Shown: piece by piece, positions 7,940 to 17,839 of the stretch
Layout of the letters: the number at the start of each line of letters is the position of its first letter
How positions within the stretch are numbered: position 1 is the first letter of the stretch
NCBI GenBank assembly: GCA_041674765.1
Contig: JBAYVE010000005.1
Coordinates: 1,645-65,644 of the forward strand
DNA length: 64,000 nt
Origin: Patescibacteria group bacterium
Lineage (GTDB): Bacteria; Patescibacteriota; UBA1384; XYA2-FULL-43-10; 1-14-0-10-43-13
Direction of reading: 5' to 3'
Translations under genes and position numbers: made by a program
Notes under the pieces: generated by a model
The model's database searches: none
What the model saw: the letters and a program-made list of their open reading frames with translations, nothing else
Told to the model about the DNA's origin: nothing

Positions 7940-8932
7940 ATGAAAAAAGAGAGGGGATCAGCAATAATCATTGCAGTTCTTTTAATTACGGCCATCGGGA
8001 CGATTGCTTTTTCGTTTGGCCGGGTTTTTCTATTACAGGCGGCCAAGGCCGCTTTATATGAAAATGGCATTAGCGCCTATTATGCTGCAGAGTCAGGGCT
8101 TGAAGAGGCTTTCCTGAGATATCGTTTTGACAGGGAGAGTCAGGTGCCATTTGGCGGTGATATTGCCGCCAATGTTTTTAGATCGAATATGACTCTTACA
8201 AACGAGGAGGTTATCACTTCCGGTATAAATGGTGGAATCTATGAAGGAATTGCCAAAAGTAAAAACCTTCCGACGAATTGGGATATCAATAATCAAATTT
8301 ATGACCTGAAAATGGATAGCAAGAGTACCCAATTTGGCTCGCTGGATGCTACGGCTCCACATACGATTGGCAGGGATAATTCGGAGAAGATTGACACATC
8401 GCTCGTTTTTGCCGAAGTAGGCGGGGATCTCGATTTGACTTTCCGTCCGACGAACGTTTTGAATAATACCGTAAACGGTGTTAACAATTTTCAAGGGGAT
8501 TCAAGGTGCGCGTTGGTAGAGATCAAGATAATCGGTAAGACAAATGCTTCCAGCAGCCCTGTAGAGTTTAAGGGATTGTTTATGAATGCGGCCTCAAATT
8601 CTACGGTTTGCCCTGTTGCTTTCGGATTGAGAACAGCCTTTACCACCTTTCCAAATTCTGCCGATGGAACTTATTCTATAACAGGGCTTAGAAGCAGGCT
8701 TGGTTATACCGGTGTTCTAGAGCAATCGAGCCTTTTCATTAAACCTCTCGGCGCTGACATTCAAATAGTTTTAACAGGAGCAGATAACAACAATCTTTTT
8801 GGTGCATCAACACTGGTTACCTCTACCGGTTACTACGGAGGAGTCGCCCGTACTTTGGAGGCAAATATTGACCGGCAATCCGGGACATTGTATGATTTAT
8901 TTGATTATGTAATTTATAAGGCAAAGCCTTAG
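7940..8932 (+). CDS. PilX-like type IV pilus minor pilin / pilus assembly protein
   Basis: The internal start MKKERGSAIIIAVLLITAIGTIAF resembles the PilX N-terminal motif (RG.ALI..L). The product is secreted and Gly/Thr/Asn-rich. It is adjacent to the pilB-like ATPase. Confidence 0.5.
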   Translation: MKKERGSAIIIAVLLITAIGTIAFSFGRVFLLQAAKAALYENGISAYYAAESGLEEAFLRYRFDRESQVPFGGDIAANVFRSNMTLTNEEVITSGINGGIYEGIAKSKNLPTNWDINNQIYDLKMDSKSTQFGSLDATAPHTIGRDNSEKIDTSLVFAEVGGDLDLTFRPTNVLNNTVNGVNNFQGDSRCALVEIKIIGKTNASSSPVEFKGLFMNAASNSTVCPVAFGLRTAFTTFPNSADGTYSITGLRSRLGYTGVLEQSSLFIKPLGADIQIVLTGADNNNLFGASTLVTSTGYYGGVARTLEANIDRQSGTLYDLFDYVIYKAKP

Positions 8933-8940
8933 GAGGGAAG

Positions 8941-9324
8941 ATGTCAGCAGCAAAAATTTTATTGGTAGATGACGATTTAACACTTCATGAGATGTATGCA
9001 GAGAGACTCAGAGCCGAGGGATACGTAATTGTCTCTGCCTATGATGGCGAGGAGGCACTCGATAAGGCTAACTCCGAGATGCCAGATCTGATACTTCTCG
9101 ATATTATGATGCCAAAGCTAAATGGTATCGACGTGATGAAGAAACTACGTGAGGATGAAAAAACTTCAGGTATCCCTATAATTCTTCTTACAGCGTTGAT
9201 ACAGGAAGTCAATAAAGTCAAAGCGATGATGCAGGAATATGATGGCTATCTGATCAAAAGCGAGATTATGCCGGCAGATGTAATAAAGGCAATCGAGTCG
9301 TCACTGTCAAAAGTAAAAAAATAG
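8941..9324 (+). CDS. Single-domain response regulator receiver (CheY/PilH-like)
   Basis: Has the receiver-domain acidic pocket (DDD), the phospho-acceptor Asp in ILLDIMMP, and the conserved T (LLTA) and K. Confidence 0.8.
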   Translation: MSAAKILLVDDDLTLHEMYAERLRAEGYVIVSAYDGEEALDKANSEMPDLILLDIMMPKLNGIDVMKKLREDEKTSGIPIILLTALIQEVNKVKAMMQEYDGYLIKSEIMPADVIKAIESSLSKVKK

Positions 9325-9372
9325 CAGTCAAAAAAAGAAAGCGAACCTTTAAACGCTTTCTTTTTTATGGAA

Positions 9373-11271
9373 TTATATTTTTAGGAGTTCTTCGATAGTG
9401 GTTTCGCCGGTTAAAACTTTGCTTAGGCAATGTTGCCGCAATGTAATGAAACCATCTCTTTTGGCGGAGTCGATGACAGAATTAATCCTTCCTTTAATCA
9501 TAAGGGATCTCCTTTCATCATTGAGAGATAAAACCTCAAATATCGGAGTCATTCCCTTATAGCCACTATAGCCACATTTGGCACAGCCTTTACCGATATA
9601 GAACTTTGTTCTGTTCTTAACGCAGGTTTTCAATAGCGGTGGTAGGGACTCAATCTCTTTTTCGAGTTGTCTCTCAAGATTGCCCGCTGAGGCTTCCTCT
9701 TTGCAATAAGGGCAGACTTTCTTGACTAGCCTCTGATTCATATAACCAACCAATTTGGATCCATAATTTTCAAGATTAATTTTAAACCCTACTAATAATT
9801 TATAAAGCATCTCGAAGTCTCTAATGTTTAGTGATGCCATTGTTAAGCATCCTCTTGGCGCCTCCTCAAACATTAATTTGGTTATTTCTGAGCCATCGAG
9901 CTTGTCGATCATAATCACATCGGGAGATTGCAGAATTGCCGAACTATAGCCCGCGATATAGGTATAGCCCAAACTCTCATCTACCTGACTTTGGTTGACA
10001 CCGTCTAGTCTTGATTTGATTGGGTCCTCTAAAGTGATGATATTCAAACTTTCTGCTTCCATATTGGAAATTAATGCATAAGCGGTCGTGGTCTTACCGG
10101 AATTGGCCGGTCCTAATATTAGAAAAACTCCCTGTTTTTCCGTTAGCTCTTTTAGTGTCTTTTTTTGTAGGGGTAACAGGCCCAAATCGTCAAAATCAAT
10201 CAGGGAATTTTTCTCAGAATGGTCTACCCGAATTAATATTTTTTCCCCAAAAGCGAGCGGCATAGTCGAGACTTCAAAATTGATGTTATGGCCGTCGATC
10301 TGAAGAGAAAATTTACCTGTTTGCGGAAGACGGTTTTCTTCGTTTAGGCTAGCCAGGTTTTTTATCTTCATATTTATTGTCTCTCTAGAATGTGCCGGCA
10401 ATACCCCACGCTTGTAGAGAATTCCTTCAATTCGGAAACGGATTTGGATTTCATTACTAATCATATCAACATGGATTTCACTTGCCTCTTCGCGAACCGC
10501 TCTTTTAAAAAGAAGCGATAGGATCCTGTTGGGCGACTCAGAGGGCATCTTCTCTTGAGCAAAAGTGTTTCCTTCGGGGTAGACAGGGAAGATTTTTTCC
10601 AGATCCGTCTCACTTGCCAGAAAAGGAAGGATTATTTTTCCGGTGGTCTTCTCGAGCAGATCGATGGTGTCCAAATCACCTGGATCAGCCATCGCTAAAG
10701 AAATAACACCGTTCTTCTCATCAAAAGGAACGAGCCGACGTTCGACAGCAGTTTTCAGAGGAATCAGCGAAAGAATATCTTCTTTGATAGTTTGTTCGCC
10801 TAAATCGATATAGGCGACAGAGCTCATTTTCCTTGGCTGGAACTCATCGATGGTAGTTTCATGTCTGAAGACTCTAATAGGAATTTCGGAGTTTGGATCG
10901 GGCTTCTGTTCGGCCGTACTGTTCGCCATTAGTTGTTCTTTGATAATTTTGCTGGCGCCATGTGTCACAATCTTATCTGGCATCTCTATTCCCTTATCAA
11001 CAAGCTCTTTTACGTTGCCAGAGGGCATCCACTTGACGGCGTTTGTCGGGAGCATAATCATCTGTTTCTTTTTGCCAAGCACCGGATGGTAAATGATTTT
11101 GGAAGGATAGTGAACGGTATAAAAAGAACCGAAATTAGAGTAAATTACTTTTTCGCCTTTGGAGAGAGCATCAGTCACAACGGAGCCGAAACTGTCGATC
11201 AGTTCCTCGGCTTTTTTGTATGAAATATTGCATTTTTTTGATAATGCCTTTGCTAGTTCTTTTTTTGTCAT
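9373..11271 (-). CDS. Type II/IV secretion ATPase (GspE/PilB family) with N-terminal HU/IHF-like DNA-binding domain
   Basis: The N-terminal ~90 aa MTKKELAKALSKKCNISYKKAEELIDSFGSVVTDALSKGEKVIYSNFGSFYTVHYPSK...PTNAVKWMPSGNVKELV aligns position by position with HU (MNKTELI.AVAE...SKKDA..AVD.....I..AL..GDK.QL.GFG.FEV..R..). This is followed by a GspE_N domain, Walker A LILGPANSGKTTTAYALI, and a C-terminal Cys4 zinc motif (CPYC...CAKC). Start adjusted to ATG with RBS AAGGAG. Confidence 0.8.
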   Translation of the reverse strand: MTKKELAKALSKKCNISYKKAEELIDSFGSVVTDALSKGEKVIYSNFGSFYTVHYPSKIIYHPVLGKKKQMIMLPTNAVKWMPSGNVKELVDKGIEMPDKIVTHGASKIIKEQLMANSTAEQKPDPNSEIPIRVFRHETTIDEFQPRKMSSVAYIDLGEQTIKEDILSLIPLKTAVERRLVPFDEKNGVISLAMADPGDLDTIDLLEKTTGKIILPFLASETDLEKIFPVYPEGNTFAQEKMPSESPNRILSLLFKRAVREEASEIHVDMISNEIQIRFRIEGILYKRGVLPAHSRETINMKIKNLASLNEENRLPQTGKFSLQIDGHNINFEVSTMPLAFGEKILIRVDHSEKNSLIDFDDLGLLPLQKKTLKELTEKQGVFLILGPANSGKTTTAYALISNMEAESLNIITLEDPIKSRLDGVNQSQVDESLGYTYIAGYSSAILQSPDVIMIDKLDGSEITKLMFEEAPRGCLTMASLNIRDFEMLYKLLVGFKINLENYGSKLVGYMNQRLVKKVCPYCKEEASAGNLERQLEKEIESLPPLLKTCVKNRTKFYIGKGCAKCGYSGYKGMTPIFEVLSLNDERRSLMIKGRINSVIDSAKRDGFITLRQHCLSKVLTGETTIEELLKI

Positions 11272-11729
11272 ATCCACTCCTTTAATATTGAGGCGCAAAG
11301 AGGAAAATCGAGACTTTACGGGTCTAAATGAAGCCTTACTCCTCTTTCATATTACAGGCTCAAAGAAATATTTGCAATCGTTTTGTCCCCGAAAAAAGCG
11401 GAAATTAGAGTAGTTGCAAAGTTTTTGTAAAGCATTTTTATGGGAACTATAGAAATTTATCAATATCTATTAATCAGCTACTGTGTACATTCCTGTGGAT
11501 GAGTTGGGGACAAGTTTCTTATTATAAATTATGATTTATGAATTATGAATTAGGGACTTGCTTTCATGACTATCGAAAGCAAGGCATTTCTTAAGGATTG
11601 GAGAAAGACATATAATAGGTTAGTTCGTAAGGCCAGAAAGTCCCAGGTAGGTTATAAAGCTAGGACAGCATTACTACTTTATGAACTTAGTGCCTTATGA
11701 ACTTTTTACTAGCAAACCGGAGGTTTGTT

Positions 11730-13376
11730 ATGGCTTTTTACCAAAGATACCGTGCAAAAAACTTTAACGAGATGGTCGGTCAGCAACATGTGGTTGCGAC
11801 TCTTTTGGCGAGTATCAAAAGCGGAAGGCTGGTTCATGCTTATCTCTTGACGGGACCGCGGGGGATCGGCAAGACCTCTACGGCGCGGTTGCTGGCAAAA
11901 GCAATTAACTGCAAGGAAACAGATAAACTGCGAAAAAACGGTAAGGAGGTCAGCGGCGAACCTTGTAATGTTTGTGACGCATGTTCCGATATCAATTTAG
12001 GCCGCTCGATCGATGTTATCGAGATTGACGCTGCTTCAAATACGGGCGTTGACAATATCAGAGATTTGATCGAGAAAGCCAGGTTGATGCCCACCAATTC
12101 TTTGAAAAAGGTTTATATCATCGATGAAGTTCACATGCTTTCGAAAGGTGCCTTCAATGCACTCCTAAAGACGCTAGAGGAACCGCCCGAGCATGTCATT
12201 TTTATCATGGCTACGACTGAAGTTCACAAGATACCGGCTACCATTTTATCCCGGGCCCAACGTTATGATTTTAAACGCGCCAGCAAAGATGACCTGATCG
12301 AAAATCTGGAAAGAGTTTCCGAGTCTGAGAAGATGACTATCGATCGGGAAGTTCTAGATCTGATTGCTGCAGCGTCTGCCGGCGGCCATAGAGATGCCCT
12401 TAGTCTTTTGGAACAGCTCAACTCAATTTCGGGCAAGATCACTCTTGAAAAAGCGAGAGAGGTGCTTGGTCTAGCCAAATCGGAGGAAATTTTAAAGTTA
12501 ATCGGGACGATTTTTAATAACCAACCGGAGGAGGGATTAAAAATCGTCCAGAGCTTATATACAAACGGTTCTGATCTTGCTGAGTTTAATAAAGCAATGA
12601 TTGAAACAATGAGGCGGATATTGTTGCTGAAAGCGGCAGGAGAAGTGCTATTTGAGGATACGGAGGAGAATATCAAGGAGATGCGGCGACTGTCGGAAAC
12701 TATTGCCCTAGGACGTCTCGTAGAGATAATCGAAAATTTTATAGAAGCCAATTCTCTTTTAAAAAATGTTCATTTTCCGGTTATGCCGATCGAGATTGCT
12801 ATCATCAAGTCAATTCCTACGCCAGCTATTTTGCCCACAAATGAGGCTATCAAGCCTGATCCTCTACAGGCTAAGCCACCGGCAAGTCAGGCAGTCAGTA
12901 GGTCCCAATCAGAGGTCAGCCAATCTTCAACTAAAATATTAGTAAGCCGTCCAGACAGTGAGAGGGCCGATAAACCGGATTCGCCGGCTATGAAGTCAAC
13001 CGGCCCTGAGATTAGTGAATTGTCCGATCAATCTACTGTTCCGGTTCAGGTTCTGGAAATGACGAAGGACATCTGGAAATCAATCTTGGATAAAGTGAAG
13101 GTTGATAATGCGACACTTTTTGCTCTGCTTAAGGATGCTAACCCCGAAGGTATGACCGATGATGCACTGACTCTAGCGGTTAAATTTAAATTTCATCGGG
13201 AGAAAATCTCTGAGGGGAAAAATATGAAGGTTCTGGAAGATGCGATTAGAGAAATAGCAGGAAGGAAGCTCTCAGTTATTTGCAAAGAGCAAGGCGGTCA
13301 AAACCTATCTCGGGCAAAGATTGAGAAAATTGACCTGGAAAAAACAGTTGGCGAGGTCTTTCAAGTGGAGGAGTAG
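11730..13376 (+). CDS. dnaX: DNA polymerase III subunit gamma/tau
   Basis: MVGQQHVV...AYLLTGPRGIGKTSTARLLAKAINC, Zn-finger CNVCDAC, and an SRA box. Confidence 0.85.
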   Translation: MAFYQRYRAKNFNEMVGQQHVVATLLASIKSGRLVHAYLLTGPRGIGKTSTARLLAKAINCKETDKLRKNGKEVSGEPCNVCDACSDINLGRSIDVIEIDAASNTGVDNIRDLIEKARLMPTNSLKKVYIIDEVHMLSKGAFNALLKTLEEPPEHVIFIMATTEVHKIPATILSRAQRYDFKRASKDDLIENLERVSESEKMTIDREVLDLIAAASAGGHRDALSLLEQLNSISGKITLEKAREVLGLAKSEEILKLIGTIFNNQPEEGLKIVQSLYTNGSDLAEFNKAMIETMRRILLLKAAGEVLFEDTEENIKEMRRLSETIALGRLVEIIENFIEANSLLKNVHFPVMPIEIAIIKSIPTPAILPTNEAIKPDPLQAKPPASQAVSRSQSEVSQSSTKILVSRPDSERADKPDSPAMKSTGPEISELSDQSTVPVQVLEMTKDIWKSILDKVKVDNATLFALLKDANPEGMTDDALTLAVKFKFHREKISEGKNMKVLEDAIREIAGRKLSVICKEQGGQNLSRAKIEKIDLEKTVGEVFQVEE

Positions 13377-13377
13377 T

Positions 13378-13500
13378 CCAAAGCTAAAAGCTAAAGGCTA
13401 AAAGCTTAAAGCTGAAAGACGAAAGCCGAAAGCAAAAAGCTTAAAGTCGAAGGCTAAAAGCTAAAGGCTTAAAGCTTAAAGCTGAAAGCAAAAAGCGGGA
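13378..13500. repeat. AAAGCNA 7-mer microsatellite array (aaagctaaaggctaaaagcttaaagctgaaag...), family also at 15545-15610, 17043-17080, 52990-53070, 4230-4300 and in-frame in gltX, mnmA, recG
   Basis: Directly visible degenerate tandem heptamers. Several copies pair with an inverted copy, giving terminator-like hairpins. Confidence 0.8.
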
Positions 13501-13528
13501 AAGTTTATCAAGTAAAGTGTAGGTAAAT

Positions 13529-14932
13529 ATGGCGCGGGAGAAGAATTACAATCAAAAACCGGAAAGCGGAATGTCGAAGCCGCTGACTCTTCGAATGCCG
13601 CCTCAAAACAGTGAAGCGGAAAGAAGTGTGTTGGGTGCGGTACTAATCGATCCGGATGCATTGATAAAAATTGCTGATATTGTGCATGATGATGATTTCT
13701 ATGATAGCCGTCACGGTTCGATCTTCATGGCGATGATCAATCTCTTTGAGAAGCGGATGCCAGTCGATATCGTCACTCTGTCGGAAATCCTGGAAACGGC
13801 AGGTCAAATCAAGGCGGTGGGCGGTTCCGCTTATTTGGCGGAGATTGTCAACTCCACACCTTCGGCAGCAAATATTGTCCACTATGCCCAAATAGTTCGG
13901 GACAAAGCAATTCTGAGGCGCCTGATCTCAGCCGGGGTCGAGATCACGGAGGCTGGCTATGACGAAGATGCCGATATCTCAGAAACCCTCGATGAAGCGG
14001 AAAAAAGATTGTTCGCTGTATCCCAGAATTCACTGAAGAACAAGTTCGCTGCGATTAAGGATGTCCTGACTGACGCTTTTGACAGAATCGATAAAATTCA
14101 CAAAGACAAAGACTCCGGCGCTTTACGGGGTGTTCCGAGCGGTTTCCGTGATTTGGATAGTGTGACCGCCGGTTTCCAAAAGTCTGATCTAATTATCCTA
14201 GCTGCCAGACCTTCGATGGGTAAAACTTCTTTTGCTCTAAACTTAGCCGAAAACGCCGCAATCGACGAAAAAATTCCCGTCGCTGTATTTTCACTTGAAA
14301 TGAGTCAGGATCAGCTTGTGGATCGTCTGCTCTCCTCCCAGGCGGGTGTTGATTCGTGGAAGCTCCGGACCGGCAACTTATCCGACGACGACTTTCCAAA
14401 GATTGGCTATGCGATGGGGGTCTTGTCGGAGTCTCCGATATTTATCGATGATTCGCCCGGCGGCAATATTATGGAGATCAGAGCCAAAGCCAGACGTCTT
14501 CAGATGGAGCATGGCCTTGGTTTGATTATTATTGACTATTTGCAGTTAATGTCAGGCCGTTCAAAAAGTAGCGATAACAGGGTACAGGAGATTTCTGAAA
14601 TATCGAGAGGACTGAAGGGACTTGCCCGTGAGTTGAATGTACCGATAATAGCGTTGTCGCAGCTTTCGCGTGCTGTAGAACACCGTGACGACAAACGGCC
14701 GCTTCTGTCGGACTTGAGAGAATCGGGCTCGATCGAGCAGGACGCCGACGTTGTCATGTTCCTCTATCGTGACGAATACTATAACCCGGAGAGCGATAGG
14801 AAGGGCATTACCGAGATTTTGATCCGCAAGCATAGAAATGGTCCGACTGGCAACACTGAGCTGTTCTTCAATCCGGCTCAGATGAGATTTAGCGATTTGG
14901 AAAAAAGGCGAGAATTCACTCCGGCCGAATAA
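13529..14932 (+). CDS. dnaB: Replicative DNA helicase
   Basis: DnaB N-terminal domain (ERSVLGAVLIDPDAL), Walker A ARPSMGKTSFALN, and RecA-like motifs (SLEMS; IIIDYLQLM). Confidence 0.9.
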   Translation: MAREKNYNQKPESGMSKPLTLRMPPQNSEAERSVLGAVLIDPDALIKIADIVHDDDFYDSRHGSIFMAMINLFEKRMPVDIVTLSEILETAGQIKAVGGSAYLAEIVNSTPSAANIVHYAQIVRDKAILRRLISAGVEITEAGYDEDADISETLDEAEKRLFAVSQNSLKNKFAAIKDVLTDAFDRIDKIHKDKDSGALRGVPSGFRDLDSVTAGFQKSDLIILAARPSMGKTSFALNLAENAAIDEKIPVAVFSLEMSQDQLVDRLLSSQAGVDSWKLRTGNLSDDDFPKIGYAMGVLSESPIFIDDSPGGNIMEIRAKARRLQMEHGLGLIIIDYLQLMSGRSKSSDNRVQEISEISRGLKGLARELNVPIIALSQLSRAVEHRDDKRPLLSDLRESGSIEQDADVVMFLYRDEYYNPESDRKGITEILIRKHRNGPTGNTELFFNPAQMRFSDLEKRREFTPAE

Positions 14933-15036
14933 ATTTTAGTTCGGAAAATTTAATACTTGAGCTCATCATCATACTAAATTTGCACCTTTTCGTTTTTACT
15001 TGCTATAATCGATTGTAAGATAAACAAGGAGTCGTT

Positions 15037-15546
15037 ATGTTTGGGCACAACAAAGCATCGCTTGAACAGATAATGAACCGTTTCAATCAAGATAGTGAGG
15101 GCCTGAAGGCACGTAAGGAGGAAGAGAAGAAGTCACAGGATGAATTTGCAGCAAAGTTTGAAGAGACGAAGAAAGAAATAATCTGGCCTGCTTTTGTGGA
15201 TATAGGAAATCAGCTAAATGGATATGGGCATGATTATCATATTTCCGAGGCACAAGAGTATGTCGATGCGACAGCTCACTTTACTCCCTCTTCGATCACC
15301 CTGAATATTTATCCGGCTGTTGTCGACAAAGCATTCTACAAACCTGACTGTACTCCCTATGTTTCTTTTATCGCCAACAGATATGCCAAGAAGGTGGGCA
15401 TTACTGTCTCGACGATGATGCCAGAGGATGGTGGTGCTATCGGTTCTCACGGGGAGTTTGAACTTGAACAGATTACCGGTGAATTCGTGGAGCAGGAAGT
15501 AGTCAAAGTATTGCAAAACACGTTGATATTCCATAAGGAAGGCTGA
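15037..15546 (+). CDS. Hypothetical protein
   Basis: ORF with plausible RBS (AAGGAG). No recognised motifs. Confidence 0.4.
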   Translation: MFGHNKASLEQIMNRFNQDSEGLKARKEEEKKSQDEFAAKFEETKKEIIWPAFVDIGNQLNGYGHDYHISEAQEYVDATAHFTPSSITLNIYPAVVDKAFYKPDCTPYVSFIANRYAKKVGITVSTMMPEDGGAIGSHGEFELEQITGEFVEQEVVKVLQNTLIFHKEG

Positions 15547-15628
15547 AAGCCCAAAGCTTAAGGCCAAAAGTAAAAATAATATATTTACGCTTTAAGCTTT
15601 TTGCTTTTAGCTAATAAATTGGAGGAAC

Positions 15629-16024
15629 ATGGACATTGCGACAATTCAGAAGAGGATTGAACAACTCGAAAAACTTGAACAGGAATTCAAGATTAATAAA
15701 GAGATGTTGAAGGGCGAGCTTGAAAACGAGGTAACTTATCTTGAAGTTGCCGAAGAGGTAAAAGCCGCTGTTCAAAAGAGAAAACAAATCAAAGACGAGA
15801 TTCTTTCCAAGGGACCAAATCAGGAAGTCGTTTCTAATATCAAATCCACTCAGGAGGAGATAGGAACTCTCAAAGAGATATTATCAGCCGAGCTGACAGA
15901 GATATATAGAGAGAATCAGACTGACGAGATAGCCGGTCGTAAGTTCAAAATCAATGCCAAGCTTTTGCCGAAGAAAGGTGAGTTTCGGAATGATTATGGA
16001 CAATTTACGCCACAGGGAGAGTAG
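15629..16024 (+). CDS. Hypothetical coiled-coil protein
   Basis: Charged, heptad-like composition. RBS GGAGGAA. It is followed by a TTTCTAA repeat. Confidence 0.4.
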   Translation: MDIATIQKRIEQLEKLEQEFKINKEMLKGELENEVTYLEVAEEVKAAVQKRKQIKDEILSKGPNQEVVSNIKSTQEEIGTLKEILSAELTEIYRENQTDEIAGRKFKINAKLLPKKGEFRNDYGQFTPQGE

Positions 16025-16212
16025 ACGCAAAATTTCTAATTTCTAACTTTCTAATTTCTAAACAAAAAACTTTCAGTTTTTAGTTATTGGTGCTTGTTTA
16101 AGTTAATTAGTCCGCCGGCTGGCGGATCAGGCCAATTAGGTTAATTTTAATTAATAAACTAGTCTCATCCTGTCAAATTCCATATTACACCACTTTTATA
16201 TCCCCAATCCCT

Positions 16213-16241
16213 TGACAAGTTATGGCTTGGTTTGGTACAAT
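16213..16241 (+). promoter_or_regulatory. Consensus sigma70-like promoter (TTGACA-17-TACAAT) heading an ~850-nt ORF-poor, A-rich region
   Basis: Perfect hexamers and spacing, read directly. Confidence 0.5.
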
Positions 16242-16249
16242 AATTTAAT

Positions 16250-17095
16250 TTCCAAAAAGAAAAACGAACATTAACAACTTAAGAGCGAAACGACTGGAGG
16301 GTTAAATAAACAATATTAAATATTGCGCCCTCTAAAGAGAGCGCTTTTTATTATCAAAAATAATTTTCCTTGAATTGAGAATTGTCAATTGATAATTAAA
16401 AATTGCGAGCATTTGCGAGAATGAGATGGGGAAGGACCGGTTCCCTCCGCCTGTCCTTATGAGGAGAGAAATAATCGTTAAAATTACTGGTTATTTTCAA
16501 AATTTCTATAAAGTCATAGTAATATGAATTGATAGATAAACTCCTCCCCAGCTCATTCTTGCAAACAATGGAAAGAGTCCCAACGTAAGTCGGGATTCCC
16601 ATTACATTGGAACAAGAATAAAAACAAAAACGTAGTAATCTTCGAAAAGTAACAGAAGTTATTTAAGAGGAGCTACTAAAAAATATCCTCCTTCGCTGGA
16701 AAAGCTACGGAGGACAAGAAAAAGCACTGGCCGAGTTTGATATAAATAATCAAAAGACTCGAAAAGCCAAAAAAGTGCAAAAAACAGGCTGAAAACCAAG
16801 CAAATTGAAAACAAACTACTGAAAAGAAGAAAAAAACGCCCCGATGATTTAAATAAATATCGGGATGCAAGCAGAAATCATAAGAGGCCAAGATCAGTCT
16901 CTCCTAAGGGATGCAAATCTTTTGGGGGAAACACAAAAATCGTAACCTCTTAAAAAGGGCATAAGTTGCCGGCCGAGACATATTATAAAAAAAAGTATTC
17001 TCGATTAGTCCTTCAGCTTACGCCCAACCTAAAAAATCCCATCAAAAGCAGAAAGCCAAAAGCTCAAAGCAAAAAGATTGGGATTTTTTATTTAT
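16250..17095 (+). ncRNA. Candidate long noncoding transcript (purine/A-rich, no ORF >70 aa on either strand) ending in hairpin + T-run terminator (17035-17095)
   Basis: Promoter at 16213. Only junk poly-F/K ORFs. Hairpin AATCCCATC...GATTGGGATT followed by TTTTTTATTT. Confidence 0.3.
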
Positions 17096-17206
17096 AAAAT
17101 TATACAACACCTTCATAACAATTGTCAGAATGACAAATAAATGTTAAATAAAGTAGGAAGCGGAGTATCAGGTGAACTCTGCTATCTCTTTTTGGAGGGC
17201 TTATAA

Positions 17207-17782
17207 ATGCCGACGTTTGATTCACAGGCATTTCCACTGGATCCGACAAGGTTGACAGATGCTACCAGGGTGGTTTTTGTCTTCGGGAGCGAAAACGACT
17301 ACCTCGCTACCGAAAAAGATCGGGCACGGGTCGCTCGGCTCTTTGAAGTAATGAATCTGTCCCCTGATTGCTATGATGTCACGGTGATTTCCGCCGACCG
17401 GAATGGCCAGGAAATCGATCAGTATGCTGAGGCGCTGAGTCAGCTCAAGAATCTCCGGGCAGTGATCGCCATCGCGGGAATGAGTGCAATTTTACCGCGG
17501 GTCTTGCCACGGAAGACGGGCTTCACTGTACCAATCCTGGCGGTCGGAATGCCCTCAAATGGCTACCCCGATGGCGATGACGCGCGCCTGACTATTACCA
17601 GAGTGCCGGGCGGCGTCTGCCCACCCGCCTATTTTGAGACACTTTATGCCGCCGCCATGTTTGCGGTTCAAATCATCTGTGTCTCACATGACATTCCGGA
17701 ATACTTGGGGCGATTCCAGAATTACATGGCAAATAGCCCCGACGTGGTGAGGGATGCGCTGGGCGGTTTGCCGCTCTACTAA
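17207..17782 (+). CDS. PurE-family (AIR carboxylase/mutase-like) protein, divergent (SADRN instead of SAHRT)
   Basis: VVFVFGSENDY...VTVISADRNGQ...AVIAIAGMSAILPRVLP..T..PILAVGMPSNG...ITRVPGGV aligns with the PurE core (GS.SD / SAHRTP / AGGAAHLPGM / PVIGVP / MP.GIP). GC is about 52-55%. Confidence 0.55.
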   Translation: MPTFDSQAFPLDPTRLTDATRVVFVFGSENDYLATEKDRARVARLFEVMNLSPDCYDVTVISADRNGQEIDQYAEALSQLKNLRAVIAIAGMSAILPRVLPRKTGFTVPILAVGMPSNGYPDGDDARLTITRVPGGVCPPAYFETLYAAAMFAVQIICVSHDIPEYLGRFQNYMANSPDVVRDALGGLPLY

Positions 17783-17839
17783 CGCCAAAAGAATCGTAGT
17801 TCTATGGGACTGCTCTCCTCGGAGGGCGGTCCTATTTTT

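Noticed and set aside
11840-12751. Minus-strand ORFs 11840..12097 and 12263..12751 (85 and 162 aa)
   Set aside because: They are antisense to dnaX, which has unambiguous clamp-loader motifs. Their composition is Ser/Arg/Ile-rich and they have no RBS.
13378-13500. Possible CRISPR array (regular short repeats such as AAAGCTA/TTTCCAA/AGTATTA arrays at 13378-13500, 7321-7425, 32600-32690, 49736-49815)
   Set aside because: The units are 7-nt microsatellites in direct tandem with no unique spacers of 25-40 nt. No cas genes are present, and many arrays lie inside ORFs in frame.
16396-16891. Minus-strand ORFs 16396..16602 and 16676..16891
   Set aside because: They are poly-Phe/low-complexity products of the T-rich complement of an A-rich noncoding region. 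There is no RBS, so the region is treated as a candidate ncRNA instead.
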